Positions 1 through 8,904 of a DNA stretch of 64,000 nucleotides are shown here, one piece after another. Origin of the DNA: an uncultured Mollicutes bacterium (GTDB lineage Bacteria > Bacillota_I > Bacilli_A > ML615J-28 > CAG-313). The first letter of the stretch is position 1. Each line of letters opens with the position of its first letter. The position numbers and the translations under genes were made by a program. The stretch lies in the NCBI GenBank assembly GCA_900539265.1, contig UQBM01000006.1, forward strand, positions 7,848 to 71,847, given 5' to 3'. The notes beneath the pieces were generated by a model that searched no databases, was not told where the DNA came from, and was given only the letters and a program-made list of their open reading frames with translations.

Positions 1-2
1 TT

Positions 3-749
3 GTTCAAGGGAATTCAAATGAAGAAAACTATTGGACTTGTTTTGATTTGAAAAATGATGATTTAATTTCAGTGTTTTGTTCTTTTGGCGAAGATTTGAT
101 TTCTAGTGTTTGTAATGAATATAATGAAACAACAGCTTTAACAAAATTAAGATTAAGATATTCAACATGGCTAGCACTTTTTAGGAAGACAAGAACACCA
201 TTATCTCCAGAGAAAGCAAAAGGATTGTTTGGTGAGCTATATTTCTTGAAAAATGTAATGCTAAAGAAGTATGATATAGATAAAACTATAAATTCATGGA
301 GTGGCCCTGATTATTTAGTTAAAGATTTTGCCGTTGATGATTATTGGTATGAAATTAAAACTATATCTTGTAGTGGGACTGTTGTAAAAATATCATCACT
401 TCAACAATTATCTTCTGATATAGAGGGTAAATTAGTAGTTATTAAAGTTGAGGAAATGGCTGATGCTTATAAAGGTAAAGATTCATCAATTAATGAATTA
501 GTCCAATATGTAATTGCAGAAATTGAGTCAAACGATACTAAAGATATGTTTTTAGATAAATTAGCAAATATAGGATATGATTTTTCTGATGAATTAGGAA
601 ATAAAAAATATAATGTTGCAAATCTAGAATATTATTTGGTAGATGATAAATTTCCAGCTTTAAGAGAAACAGATATAAAATCGGAAGCTATTAATAATGT
701 AGGTTATGAATTAATTTTGAAATTATTGATTGATTATTTGGTGAAATAA
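3..749 (+). CDS. PD-(D/E)XK motif nuclease-like protein, probably 5'-partial. The frame is open back to the window edge; the ORF track starts at a TTG at 48.
   Basis: The ORF contains a PD-(D/E)XK-like arrangement: GELYFL ... SWSGPDYLVKDF ... DYWYEIKT (D ... E-x-K). It sits 1 bp upstream of the AIPR-like gene, a pairing I recall as common (PD-(D/E)XK motif protein next to AIPR family protein). Confidence 0.6.
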   Translation, partial: VQGNSNEENYWTCFDLKNDDLISVFCSFGEDLISSVCNEYNETTALTKLRLRYSTWLALFRKTRTPLSPEKAKGLFGELYFLKNVMLKKYDIDKTINSWSGPDYLVKDFAVDDYWYEIKTISCSGTVVKISSLQQLSSDIEGKLVVIKVEEMADAYKGKDSSINELVQYVIAEIESNDTKDMFLDKLANIGYDFSDELGNKKYNVANLEYYLVDDKFPALRETDIKSEAINNVGYELILKLLIDYLVK

Positions 750-750
750 T

Positions 751-2850
751 ATGGCGATGACTTTGGAAGAATTTAGAGAACAATTGATTAATGACATTAA
801 ATCAGAAGCTTTAGTAAATGAAGATTATGATACTGATGTTTTTATTGAATATGCAAAAGATATTTTAATAAATGATTTTGGTGTATTAAGTGATTTGAAT
901 TTAAGTTATTATCCAGATTATAAAACAGATAATAATGTATTTAGAAATATGCGATTAGATGCTTCATATTTAGAATTATCAATAAATACATTACATTTAC
1001 TATATTCGGATTTTAATAGTGGTGAAATTCAAATTATTAATAATGAATTTGTAAATCAAAAAGCTACGTTATTGTGTAATTACTTTGTTAATGTTCTTAG
1101 AGATTTCTTCAGAAAGGCTCCAGAGAGTGATCCAGTTACTCAGTTAGCTAAGGATATTAGAAAGCATATAAAGGATATTAAAAAGATTCATGTAATAATA
1201 ATTTCAACTAATAAAAATAGTTCAAGAATAAAAACTACCTTTGAAATGAAACCACTTGTAGTTGGTACAGATCAATATAATGTTGATTTAACATTACTTG
1301 ATATTGAAAAGATTTATGAAACGAAATTGCAAGGGTTTCGCAAGGATGATATTATCATTAATACTTCTGATTATGGTATTAGTGGTATTCCGTGCATAAA
1401 AGCTGAAATAAATTCAGAAGATTATGAATCATATTTAGCCATTGTTCCAGGAAGTTTTTTAAATGATATATATCAGCAATATTCAGCTAGGTTACTTGAA
1501 AGCAATGTTCGTTCATTTTTAAATACTCGAGGTGAAATTAATAAAGGAATTTTAAATACTATATTAAATGATAAATCCAAATTTTTTGCCTATAATAATG
1601 GAATTTCAACAACAGCAGATTCTATAGAATTAACTCATACAGACAAAGGATTATTAATAACATCATTTAAAAATTTACAAATTATAAATGGTGGTCAAAC
1701 TACTGCTTCATTAGCATCTGCAGTAATAAAAAATAATGCAGATTTGAGTGGTATATATGTTCAAATGAAGTTATCAATTATAAAAGATGAAGTTGAAGGT
1801 CCTGAATTGGTAAGACTTATATCGAAATATGCCAATAAACAAAACAAAGTTACTAATGCAGATTTAAATTCAAATCATCCTTTTTATACTAGAATTGAAG
1901 AATTCTCAAGAAAAATTAAAGCACCATTGTTACCTAATTCAACAGTGCAATCGTCTTGGTTCTTTGAAAGAGCTAGAGGTCAATATGATCAAGCAATGAT
2001 GAAGTTCAAAACTAAAAAGGAAAGAGAAATGTTTGAACTTCAAAATCCTAAGGCTCAAAAATTCACTAAAACTGATTTAGCAAAATATATTAATAGTTCT
2101 GAAATGAGACCATATGATGTATCTTGGGGTGCAGAAGTTAATATGACTAGATTCCAGTTAATTATGGAAAAAGATTGGGATAAGAGTAATACGAAATATA
2201 ATGAAATGTATTATAAAGAACTTATTGCAAAAGCGATTTTATATAAGAAGATTGAAAAGATTATTAGCAATGAAGAATGGTACATAAATAATAAAGGTTA
2301 TAGAGCACAATTAGTTCCATATACTTTTGCAAAATTTATTTATGAAATAAAAAAGATTAATAAATTATTCAATTATAAACGCATTTGGGAATTACAAGAT
2401 GTACCAGACGAATATTACGATGATTTAGCTAATATTGCTAAATTATGTTATGATACTTTTAATGACCCAAATAGACAATATTTAAATATAGGTGAATATG
2501 CAAAACGTGAATTATGTTGGGATGTGTTGAATAGAACTTCATATAATTTATCAAATGATACGATTGAATTATTGATTGATAAAGAAGATAAACAAGTTGA
2601 AGCAAGAATAGCTCAAAAGGATCAGAGATTTTTAAATGAAATTTGTGGTGAAATTGATATATTTAATGCTGGGATTGAATATTGGCAAAATGTCAAAAGT
2701 ATAGGAAAGCAATTAAATGAATTAAATGATTTTCAATTAAAGTTATGTGATTATGCAATCAATTATATTAAGCAAATTTATACTCAATTAAGCAAGAAGC
2801 AAGTTAAAGATTTGATTGAGATAATGAAAAAAATGAATCAATATTTGTAG
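751..2850 (+). CDS. AIPR-like (abortive infection phage resistance) family protein, 699 aa
   Basis: A long ORF with a good RBS, tightly coupled to the upstream nuclease gene. It has a central FAYNNGISTTA ... IINGGQTTASL block that I recall as AIPR/ParB-like (compare the DGQQR motif of DUF262). Its length matches typical AIPR proteins. Not verifiable without an HMM search. Confidence 0.5.
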   Translation: MAMTLEEFREQLINDIKSEALVNEDYDTDVFIEYAKDILINDFGVLSDLNLSYYPDYKTDNNVFRNMRLDASYLELSINTLHLLYSDFNSGEIQIINNEFVNQKATLLCNYFVNVLRDFFRKAPESDPVTQLAKDIRKHIKDIKKIHVIIISTNKNSSRIKTTFEMKPLVVGTDQYNVDLTLLDIEKIYETKLQGFRKDDIIINTSDYGISGIPCIKAEINSEDYESYLAIVPGSFLNDIYQQYSARLLESNVRSFLNTRGEINKGILNTILNDKSKFFAYNNGISTTADSIELTHTDKGLLITSFKNLQIINGGQTTASLASAVIKNNADLSGIYVQMKLSIIKDEVEGPELVRLISKYANKQNKVTNADLNSNHPFYTRIEEFSRKIKAPLLPNSTVQSSWFFERARGQYDQAMMKFKTKKEREMFELQNPKAQKFTKTDLAKYINSSEMRPYDVSWGAEVNMTRFQLIMEKDWDKSNTKYNEMYYKELIAKAILYKKIEKIISNEEWYINNKGYRAQLVPYTFAKFIYEIKKINKLFNYKRIWELQDVPDEYYDDLANIAKLCYDTFNDPNRQYLNIGEYAKRELCWDVLNRTSYNLSNDTIELLIDKEDKQVEARIAQKDQRFLNEICGEIDIFNAGIEYWQNVKSIGKQLNELNDFQLKLCDYAINYIKQIYTQLSKKQVKDLIEIMKKMNQYL

Positions 2851-2875
2851 TATATAGCAATTTAAAACATTTATA

Positions 2876-2906
2876 GATCACTAGAAATAGTGGTCTTTTT
2901 TATGCT
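2876..2906 (+). terminator. Rho-independent terminator after the AIPR-like gene
   Basis: gatcactagaaatagtggtc forms a hairpin and is followed by a run of six T residues. Confidence 0.6.
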
Positions 2907-3293
2907 TATTCCAAGAATAAGGGTGGTATATTAATGGTATATGTTTCTATAAAATTTATATATTTCTCTCTCATATAAGTAATTTAGTATTTCATATACC
3001 AATATGCACCACCATAGAAGATGTGGATATAATAGTAAAAAGAAAAACACATATTACTGTAAATCGATTCTTGATTATTTTGATTCTTCCATACACAAGA
3101 CTGGCGCCCCGCTACGTGTCTAAAAATATCCAAATTTTAGACCTCCCCCTACCCTTTTTGATATCCCAAAAACTTCAATAGCACTGCGCCCCCGCTGTAT
3201 TGTGGCAATATTGTCTATTTTTTATGTCCCCTTGGTATTGATCCACCATATAATACACCCTCATCACCATAAATCGATACTACTTTTAAACAA

Positions 3294-3340
3294 AAAAAGC
3301 TTATAGGCAACCCAAAAATAGTTTACTTATAAGCTTTTTA
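3294..3340. terminator. Perfect 9-bp-stem hairpin flanked by A and T runs, possibly a bidirectional terminator between convergent genes
   Basis: The sequence is aaaaagcttatagg ... cttataagcttttt, with stem AAGCTTATA/TATAAGCTT. Confidence 0.45.
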
Positions 3341-3364
3341 TCATTAATAGGTTCAGATGTATTT

Positions 3365-3493
3365 TTGGACACTTATTTTACACAAGTAGCAAAAGTGTCC
3401 AATTCCACCCCGCAAATCTGTCCAATTCTACCTACAAAAGTGTCAACTGCAAATTAAAAAAGTGTCAAATTACCCCTTGATAATTGGACACTT
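3365..3493. repeat. Array of six copies of the 10-bp motif TTGGACACTT (and its complement AAGTGTCCAA), spaced 21-28 bp apart and in both orientations
   Basis: Read directly: ttggacactt at 3365, aagtgtccaa at 3393, tctgtccaat at 3417, aagtgtcaac at 3438, aagtgtcaaa at 3460 and ttggacactt at 3484. The array sits in a locally GC-rich intergenic patch. Confidence 0.6.
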
Positions 3494-3514
3494 GGTTTGT
3501 ATGTTTGTTAACTT

Positions 3515-5518
3515 TTATTTACTAAGTTTTTTAATGACTTTATCTTTTATAATTTTGTCATCAATGCTAAAAAATTTAGGACTACTACATAAAATTTGTA
3601 ATATTGTTGATACACAATTAATAAGTAATTCTACAATAAATGCATTATTGTTAAAGTTTTGAAACTTTTGATTTAATTTGGCATCAAAAAGAACTAATAC
3701 AAGCAATCCCGTTAATACAACTAAGCTAATAATAAAAAACCATTTTATTATTATTCTAATTATTTTATTTCGTTTAACAATTTTATTTGTTTGTCTATCA
3801 TAAATCTCATTTTGACCTTCAAAATGCCCTTGGTTGAACGAATATTCTTGATTTTCTTGAGATTCTTTTTTAATTCTATCAATTTCAATTTCTTTTTGAT
3901 TTTCTACATCTTTAGTAGCTATCGAGACTTTTTCATCAGTAAGAGATTTATGTTCTTTTTCAATAAACTCATCTACATTTTCGATATGTAAGTTTTCCTC
4001 TCTAAGTTTTTTATCGATCCTATATATAAGTTCTTCTTTAAAGTTAGCCTTCTCATCCAATTCTAATATTGTTGATAAAATTTCTTTTCGTGTTTCTTCC
4101 TGAGAACTCATTACATCTTCAATACCTGTTGTAATGCTCAAAAACTTACAAAAAGCTCCATAATCATTCTCAGTTCTATTCTTATATTTTAATAATGTAG
4201 AATACCACACTGAAGGAAGAACAAATGTTGGAATGTCACCTTTATTTCTATCACTTGACCAATTCACTAAAACTTTATCTAAAGTAATAAAATAATATTT
4301 TACATTCATAAAGGAATTCTTTTCTTGATTACTATTCTTTTTTTTCATAAACATATATGAATTAACATCATGTTTAATAGGCTCAATTGATGTATCTTTG
4401 CCAAATCCTTTTTTATATTCGTTCAATTCAGAAGTTAATAAATCAAATTCGGTTCTAGTTGGCTTTGATTCAAAGGTTTCATTTGACTCATAACCAAACT
4501 TTGACAAATTAGTTGTAACTCTTTTTTCTAAAAATTCTCTAAATTCATTAAAACCTTTCTTTGGATTTTGTTTCTGCCATACATAATAAGCTTCATAAAA
4601 ATCATAATTTTTAAACGATGGTGCAATAGTTTTAATAGCTTCACCACTTATTGGTTCATTATGTCTAAATTGAGATTTTAAGTATTTAACATAATTTGAA
4701 ATAGTATTTAACATTTCATCCCTTGTATAATTAGTATATTTTAAAGCGATACCAGCAGATTTGCATTTTTCAATGAATAATTTTATCATTCGATGATGTT
4801 CATGATTTTCAAATAAAATATACTTAAATAAAATATTAGAATCTAAATAAAAAACTTTTTGGTTAAAAACTTGTTGAAAATAGTTATTGTCCTTCTTTAA
4901 GGTTAGTAAACAATATTCATAGCAACTAGAAACACTATGATAAATATAATTATCCTTTTCTTTATTATCCCATATTAAAAAATCATTAATTATTTGTATT
5001 TGGTTTTCATCAAATTTATGATTCCCATTCAATTTTTGAGTTTTATCCTTATAATTCATATAAGCTAAAAAGGTTTTTTTATCTTCGTTAAAAGCATTAT
5101 AAATAAATTGAGTTACTAAATTGATAAGTGTTTCTTTGTTGGACATATTATATTTTTCATTTTCTTTGATAAAAAGTTCAACTATGTTTGTAAGTATATT
5201 ACTTTGTTTCTTTTTATATTTATCACATTCTTTTGGATCAAGAGTATAAGTAATTGCTTTTTTATCATCATTCAAAGATAATTTTAAAATGGTATTACTT
5301 TTATCTTTTTCGATCGCTTTTATAATTTCTTCAGTGGTAAATTCCAAATCAAAATTATCATATAACAATGTGGTAATATCATTAATAGAAATTCCTTTGG
5401 GCCCTGCTTCTGCCAATTCCATTTTAATTAGTTTTAATAAATTACTATAAAAAGTGGTTGAATTACTATCGCCTACAACCAATGTAAAACGTAACAAATT
5501 TTTCATATAATACCTCAC
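3515..5518 (-). CDS. Large hypothetical protein (667 aa) with a C-terminal transmembrane helix, a charged coiled-coil segment and a PIN-like motif (VFYLDSNILF). Candidate defence/Abi effector.
   Basis: Single long ORF. The hydrophobic stretch IIRIIIKWFFIISLVVLTGLLVLVLF lies near the C-terminus. It has no P-loop and I recognise no confident family. It lies in the accessory region, convergent with the AIPR pair. Confidence 0.5.
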   Translation of the reverse strand: MRYYMKNLLRFTLVVGDSNSTTFYSNLLKLIKMELAEAGPKGISINDITTLLYDNFDLEFTTEEIIKAIEKDKSNTILKLSLNDDKKAITYTLDPKECDKYKKKQSNILTNIVELFIKENEKYNMSNKETLINLVTQFIYNAFNEDKKTFLAYMNYKDKTQKLNGNHKFDENQIQIINDFLIWDNKEKDNYIYHSVSSCYEYCLLTLKKDNNYFQQVFNQKVFYLDSNILFKYILFENHEHHRMIKLFIEKCKSAGIALKYTNYTRDEMLNTISNYVKYLKSQFRHNEPISGEAIKTIAPSFKNYDFYEAYYVWQKQNPKKGFNEFREFLEKRVTTNLSKFGYESNETFESKPTRTEFDLLTSELNEYKKGFGKDTSIEPIKHDVNSYMFMKKKNSNQEKNSFMNVKYYFITLDKVLVNWSSDRNKGDIPTFVLPSVWYSTLLKYKNRTENDYGAFCKFLSITTGIEDVMSSQEETRKEILSTILELDEKANFKEELIYRIDKKLREENLHIENVDEFIEKEHKSLTDEKVSIATKDVENQKEIEIDRIKKESQENQEYSFNQGHFEGQNEIYDRQTNKIVKRNKIIRIIIKWFFIISLVVLTGLLVLVLFDAKLNQKFQNFNNNAFIVELLINCVSTILQILCSSPKFFSIDDKIIKDKVIKKLSK

Positions 5519-5766
5519 TACTAGGTAATTATACTACAAATAATGTTTTTTTCAACAAAATCTACTTTATAATACGATTATGTATGTATAATTTCCTAAA
5601 TTGTTTATACGTAATAAAATCCGCATTAATTAAATTCTCTGTTGGTGAAAAAATTAATTTTAATACATATAATTTGTATGCTTTCTTTATCAATCTATCC
5701 ATATTTAACACCTCGTATATTTAATTATATTATACTCAAAATAAATGTAAATAATGTAATTAATTG

Positions 5767-6603
5767 TCAAACCAATTCGCTTACTTTTTTAACCGCCTCT
5801 TCAATGCCTAAATCATCAATCATATTTGCAAATGAATATAAGAACGCTTGGAGTTTAGTTGCTTCAAGTTTAGTAATTTTTTCGATTATAGCATCATTAC
5901 CTTCAAATAAATCAAAGAAAGAAAAGTTATACATTGCTGCTGGTTTATCAGCAAGTAGTCTAATATAAGGACTCCAATTAATATAACGTAAACCTGGCTT
6001 ACCTGATATCCTTGGAATTGTCATTATATGAGTTCCCTCTTCATAATATATTTCTAGTTTATTAGGTAAGTATTTTACTTGCACACGTTCATAGGCAAGT
6101 GCTGGGGCTAAATAGTAATAATGTCTGTTTTCAGTAGTAAGTCTACCATAATTATCAAGTTTCCTACTAGATACTGATGTACAAACAAATGAAGTAGGTG
6201 GCAATTGATTAAGTTCGTTTATATCTTCAAAATGTAAATCCACAATTGGTTGTTTTAGTACATAGTGTTCACGTTTTAAAAGATTAGATGACTTCTTCAA
6301 TAATTCTTTGTTAAATTCTTCAAAATCATCAAATTGTGGAAGTGGCACTAATAAGTTTCTTCTCATGAACCTAACAGCTTGTTCAACAGTTCCCTTTTCA
6401 TAGCCACGCTCTGGGTTCATAAATACTTCCTTAAACTCATAATGAAGTTTAAATCTATAAAATGTATCAGATAAAGTTCTTGATATATTACCATTTTCCA
6501 AATTATTTACTTTAACAAGTGCACTGTCATTATCAAACCAAATTGTATGTGGAACACCATTTAAATATTCACAAGTAAAAGAATATATTAAAAATACAAT
6601 CAC
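5767..6603 (-). pseudogene. istA: IS21-family transposase (IstA) C-terminal fragment, 5'-truncated, with no istB partner. An insertion-sequence remnant.
   Basis: The GVPHTIWFDNDSALV region and the downstream part resemble the IstA DDE/C-terminal region. The ORF begins mid-domain, the N-terminal HTH/DDE start is missing, and there is no IstB ORF downstream. Confidence 0.55.
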
Positions 6604-6926
6604 CGATACTCAAACAAAATCTTATAAATATAAAAAATTTTTTGTTCCAATTATTATACTTAATGATTCAGTTTATTATTTCGAATATAAAACTGGGATC
6701 TTTTTAACTAAATACGGCCAAACTTTAGATGAGGGGTTAAAAATCTTAGGAATTAAATAAGTTTCTTAAATAGACTTTAAGAAGTTAAATTTTATATTAA
6801 ATACAAATATCAATTATGATGCGATGACACTTGTTTGCACAACAAAATGTGTTTCTTTGTATAAAATAAGCATATAATAATATATAGTTAGATAATCTTT
6901 TTCTAGTTATTAAACAGTCTAAACTA

Positions 6927-6955
6927 TTGACAAATAAAATATTTTTTGATAGAAT
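6927..6955 (+). promoter_or_regulatory. Consensus sigma-A promoter (TTGACA-17-TAGAAT) ahead of the DUF3800 gene
   Basis: ttgaca aataaaatattttttga tagaat. The start codon is about 110 nt downstream. Confidence 0.55.
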
Positions 6956-7025
6956 ATAAATGAAAAAAATGCATATGATATTATTGTCATATGACTTGGG
7001 CTGGCGTATGCCTTGGTCCACCAAC

Positions 7026-7052
7026 GGCAGGAAATAGTCCTGCCATTTTTTA
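7026..7052 (+). promoter_or_regulatory. Terminator-like hairpin in the 5' leader (ggcagg aaatagt cctgcc + attttttat), directly before the RBS of the DUF3800 gene. Possible attenuator.
   Basis: A GC stem with a T run lies inside the leader, preceded by a second hairpin (catatga ... tcatatg). Confidence 0.4.
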
Positions 7053-7067
7053 TAGGAAGGAGTAATT

Positions 7068-7730
7068 ATGGGGAAAGTCTTAAGCATTTTTATTGATGAA
7101 TCAGGTGATGTCGGATTTATCAAAGATGCATCAAAATATTATATTATTACTTTTGTAATGCATAATCAAAATGATGATATAAAGAGTAATATTGAAAAAA
7201 TTAAAGATTATCCTATATTTCATGCTGGTCCTATAATTAGAAGAGAGTATCCATTTGATAATATGGAAATGAAAGATAGAAAGAAAATATTTCAATCTAT
7301 TTTTATGTTTACATTATCATTACCAATAAAGATTTTTTCTTTTTGTTATGAAAAAAAGGACTTTAATGGTGACTTGTTAAAAATGCAAGCTAAAATAACA
7401 AAGGATGTTTATAATTTCTTATTAGATAATTTTGATTATTTAGATTCATTTAATGAAATAGTAATATATTATGATAATGGTCAAAATTTGATAACTAAGA
7501 TATTAAATGGTGCGTTTGCAATTTCTGGTTTAAATTATGAGTTCAAAAAAGAAGTTGTTCCTGGATCATATAGGTTATTTCAAGTTGCAGATTTTGTATC
7601 AACAGTAAAACTTTTAGAAATAAAATTAAGTAAAAACGAATTATCAAATTCAGAATTAAAGTTTGTTGATGTTTATTATTTAAAGAAAAATTATATTAAA
7701 GGCGTTAATAAAAAAACTCTAAAGAGGTAG
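7068..7730 (+). CDS. DUF3800-family protein
   Basis: The N-terminal LSIFIDESGDVG motif is characteristic of DUF3800. It has a strong RBS (aggaaggag). Confidence 0.6.
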   Translation: MGKVLSIFIDESGDVGFIKDASKYYIITFVMHNQNDDIKSNIEKIKDYPIFHAGPIIRREYPFDNMEMKDRKKIFQSIFMFTLSLPIKIFSFCYEKKDFNGDLLKMQAKITKDVYNFLLDNFDYLDSFNEIVIYYDNGQNLITKILNGAFAISGLNYEFKKEVVPGSYRLFQVADFVSTVKLLEIKLSKNELSNSELKFVDVYYLKKNYIKGVNKKTLKR

Positions 7731-7791
7731 AAGATTATATGAATCTTTTTGCATAGTAAATAAATTTTATTTTACTACTAAAAGTTGCATC

Positions 7792-7990
7792 GTGAAACTT
7801 TTTGTAGCGTAAAACTCGAATATGAAACATTTTGTAGTGTAAATGCTTAAAATGAAACATTTCGTAGTAATGAAACATTTTTTGAAATCTATAGGTCTTC
7901 TGAAAAGAGGATCTATTTTTTATTTTTATAGGGTATTTTAGCTAGTTTTAGTTAGAATATCTTCTTTTTTTATACTTATATGAAACATTT
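7792..7990 (+). repeat. Five degenerate direct repeats of ATGAAACATTT(tgtagYg), iteron or arm-site-like, next to tRNA fragments
   Basis: Copies at 7792, 7822, 7852, 7870 and 7980. Confidence 0.55.
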
Positions 7991-8008
7991 AGATTTAAAC
8001 ACTATAGG

Positions 8009-8080
8009 AGACTAACCATGGACTCGAACCATTAACTTACGGGTTTCGAACCTTTAGTTCTGATGGGACTCGAACCTACA
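8009..8080 (-). other. Three tandem degenerate tRNA T-arm fragments (GGTTCGAgTCC-like on the minus strand). Probable attachment-site scars of an integrative element. No intact tRNA.
   Basis: ggactcgaacc, gggtttcgaacc and gggactcgaacc sit at about 25-nt intervals. These are the reverse complement of the canonical tRNA T-loop GGTTCGAnTCC. No cloverleaf could be completed. Confidence 0.45.
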
Positions 8081-8138
8081 AGAGATAATGGTGGAAAATT
8101 TATTTAAAAAATAGTATAATATTAATGAGGTTTACATT

Positions 8139-8858
8139 ATGAAGTCTATAAAAGAATTATCAAAAGAATTTAATATATCATCAAGAACTATTAGATACTA
8201 TGAGGAATTTTTTAATTTGAATAGTATTAAGAAGTCTAATGTTCGTTATTATGATGATGAAGAAATTAAGAAAATAAAAATAATAGTAGTATTTAGAAAA
8301 CTGAATTTCTCACTAAATAAAATCAAAAAATTAATGCTAGAGTTTAATCAAGAAAATATATTAAATATTATTAATGAAGAAAAGGTTAAATATTTAAAAC
8401 AAATAAAGGAAACGACTAATTATTTTGTATTACTTAATGAACTAAAAACTTTAATTACAAGTACCACTAATGATGGTTTAGAAGAATTCGTTATTAATGA
8501 ATTATTTGATGACTACAAAGAAGGTAAAGATTATCATATTAATGAACGTACTGAAAAACAACGTCAAATTATTAATACTTTTTTTGAAATGATAAAAAAT
8601 AAAGACATTTTACCATTTAAAGAATATTGTCACGAGAAAATTGAACTTATTGGCTTTCAAGATTTCATCTTAAATACATTAAAATTAGATGAAACATTAA
8701 TTGATTATAAGATTAATTCAGAATATAGTTTATTTAATGGGACAGTATTCGTTGTGGTAAATACTAAAAATGAAAAGATGACTTTAAAGATAGTATTTAA
8801 TACTGATGATATTGTAATTGGTATATGGATAGTAGAGTTTACTAAACATACCTCTTGA
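8139..8858 (+). CDS. MerR-family transcriptional regulator
   Basis: N-terminal HTH IKELSKEFNISSRTIRYYEE, with a C-terminal effector domain. Confidence 0.75.
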   Translation: MKSIKELSKEFNISSRTIRYYEEFFNLNSIKKSNVRYYDDEEIKKIKIIVVFRKLNFSLNKIKKLMLEFNQENILNIINEEKVKYLKQIKETTNYFVLLNELKTLITSTTNDGLEEFVINELFDDYKEGKDYHINERTEKQRQIINTFFEMIKNKDILPFKEYCHEKIELIGFQDFILNTLKLDETLIDYKINSEYSLFNGTVFVVVNTKNEKMTLKIVFNTDDIVIGIWIVEFTKHTS

Positions 8859-8885
8859 CATTGACGTTGCGTCAAGATGTATAAT
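8855..8885 (+). promoter_or_regulatory. MerR-type promoter: TTGACA, 19-bp spacer, TATAAT, with the dyad TTGAC-gttgc-GTCAA in the spacer
   Basis: ttgaca ttgacgttgcgtcaagatg tataat. A 19-bp spacer plus a palindrome is the hallmark of MerR-activated promoters. It overlaps the MerR stop codon and drives the downstream lipoprotein gene. Confidence 0.6.
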
Positions 8886-8904
8886 GTAATTGGAGGATAT
8901 ACAT

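Noticed and set aside
3462-3991. Short + strand ORFs (3462-3662, 3791-3991) from the ORF track
   Set aside because: They are embedded antisense in the 667-aa minus-strand gene or in the motif array, are low-complexity, and have no RBS.
5642-5968. 108-aa + strand ORF overlapping the IS21 fragment
   Set aside because: It is antisense to the transposase remnant and hydrophobic low-complexity, so probably spurious.
6797-7123. 108-aa minus-strand ORF overlapping the DUF3800 promoter and start
   Set aside because: It overlaps a strong promoter and leader on the other strand and has no RBS.
8009-8080. Possibility of an intact tRNA gene
   Set aside because: Three T-arm-like motifs are present, but no matching acceptor-stem 5' strand or anticodon arm could be assembled. 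These are treated as fragments.
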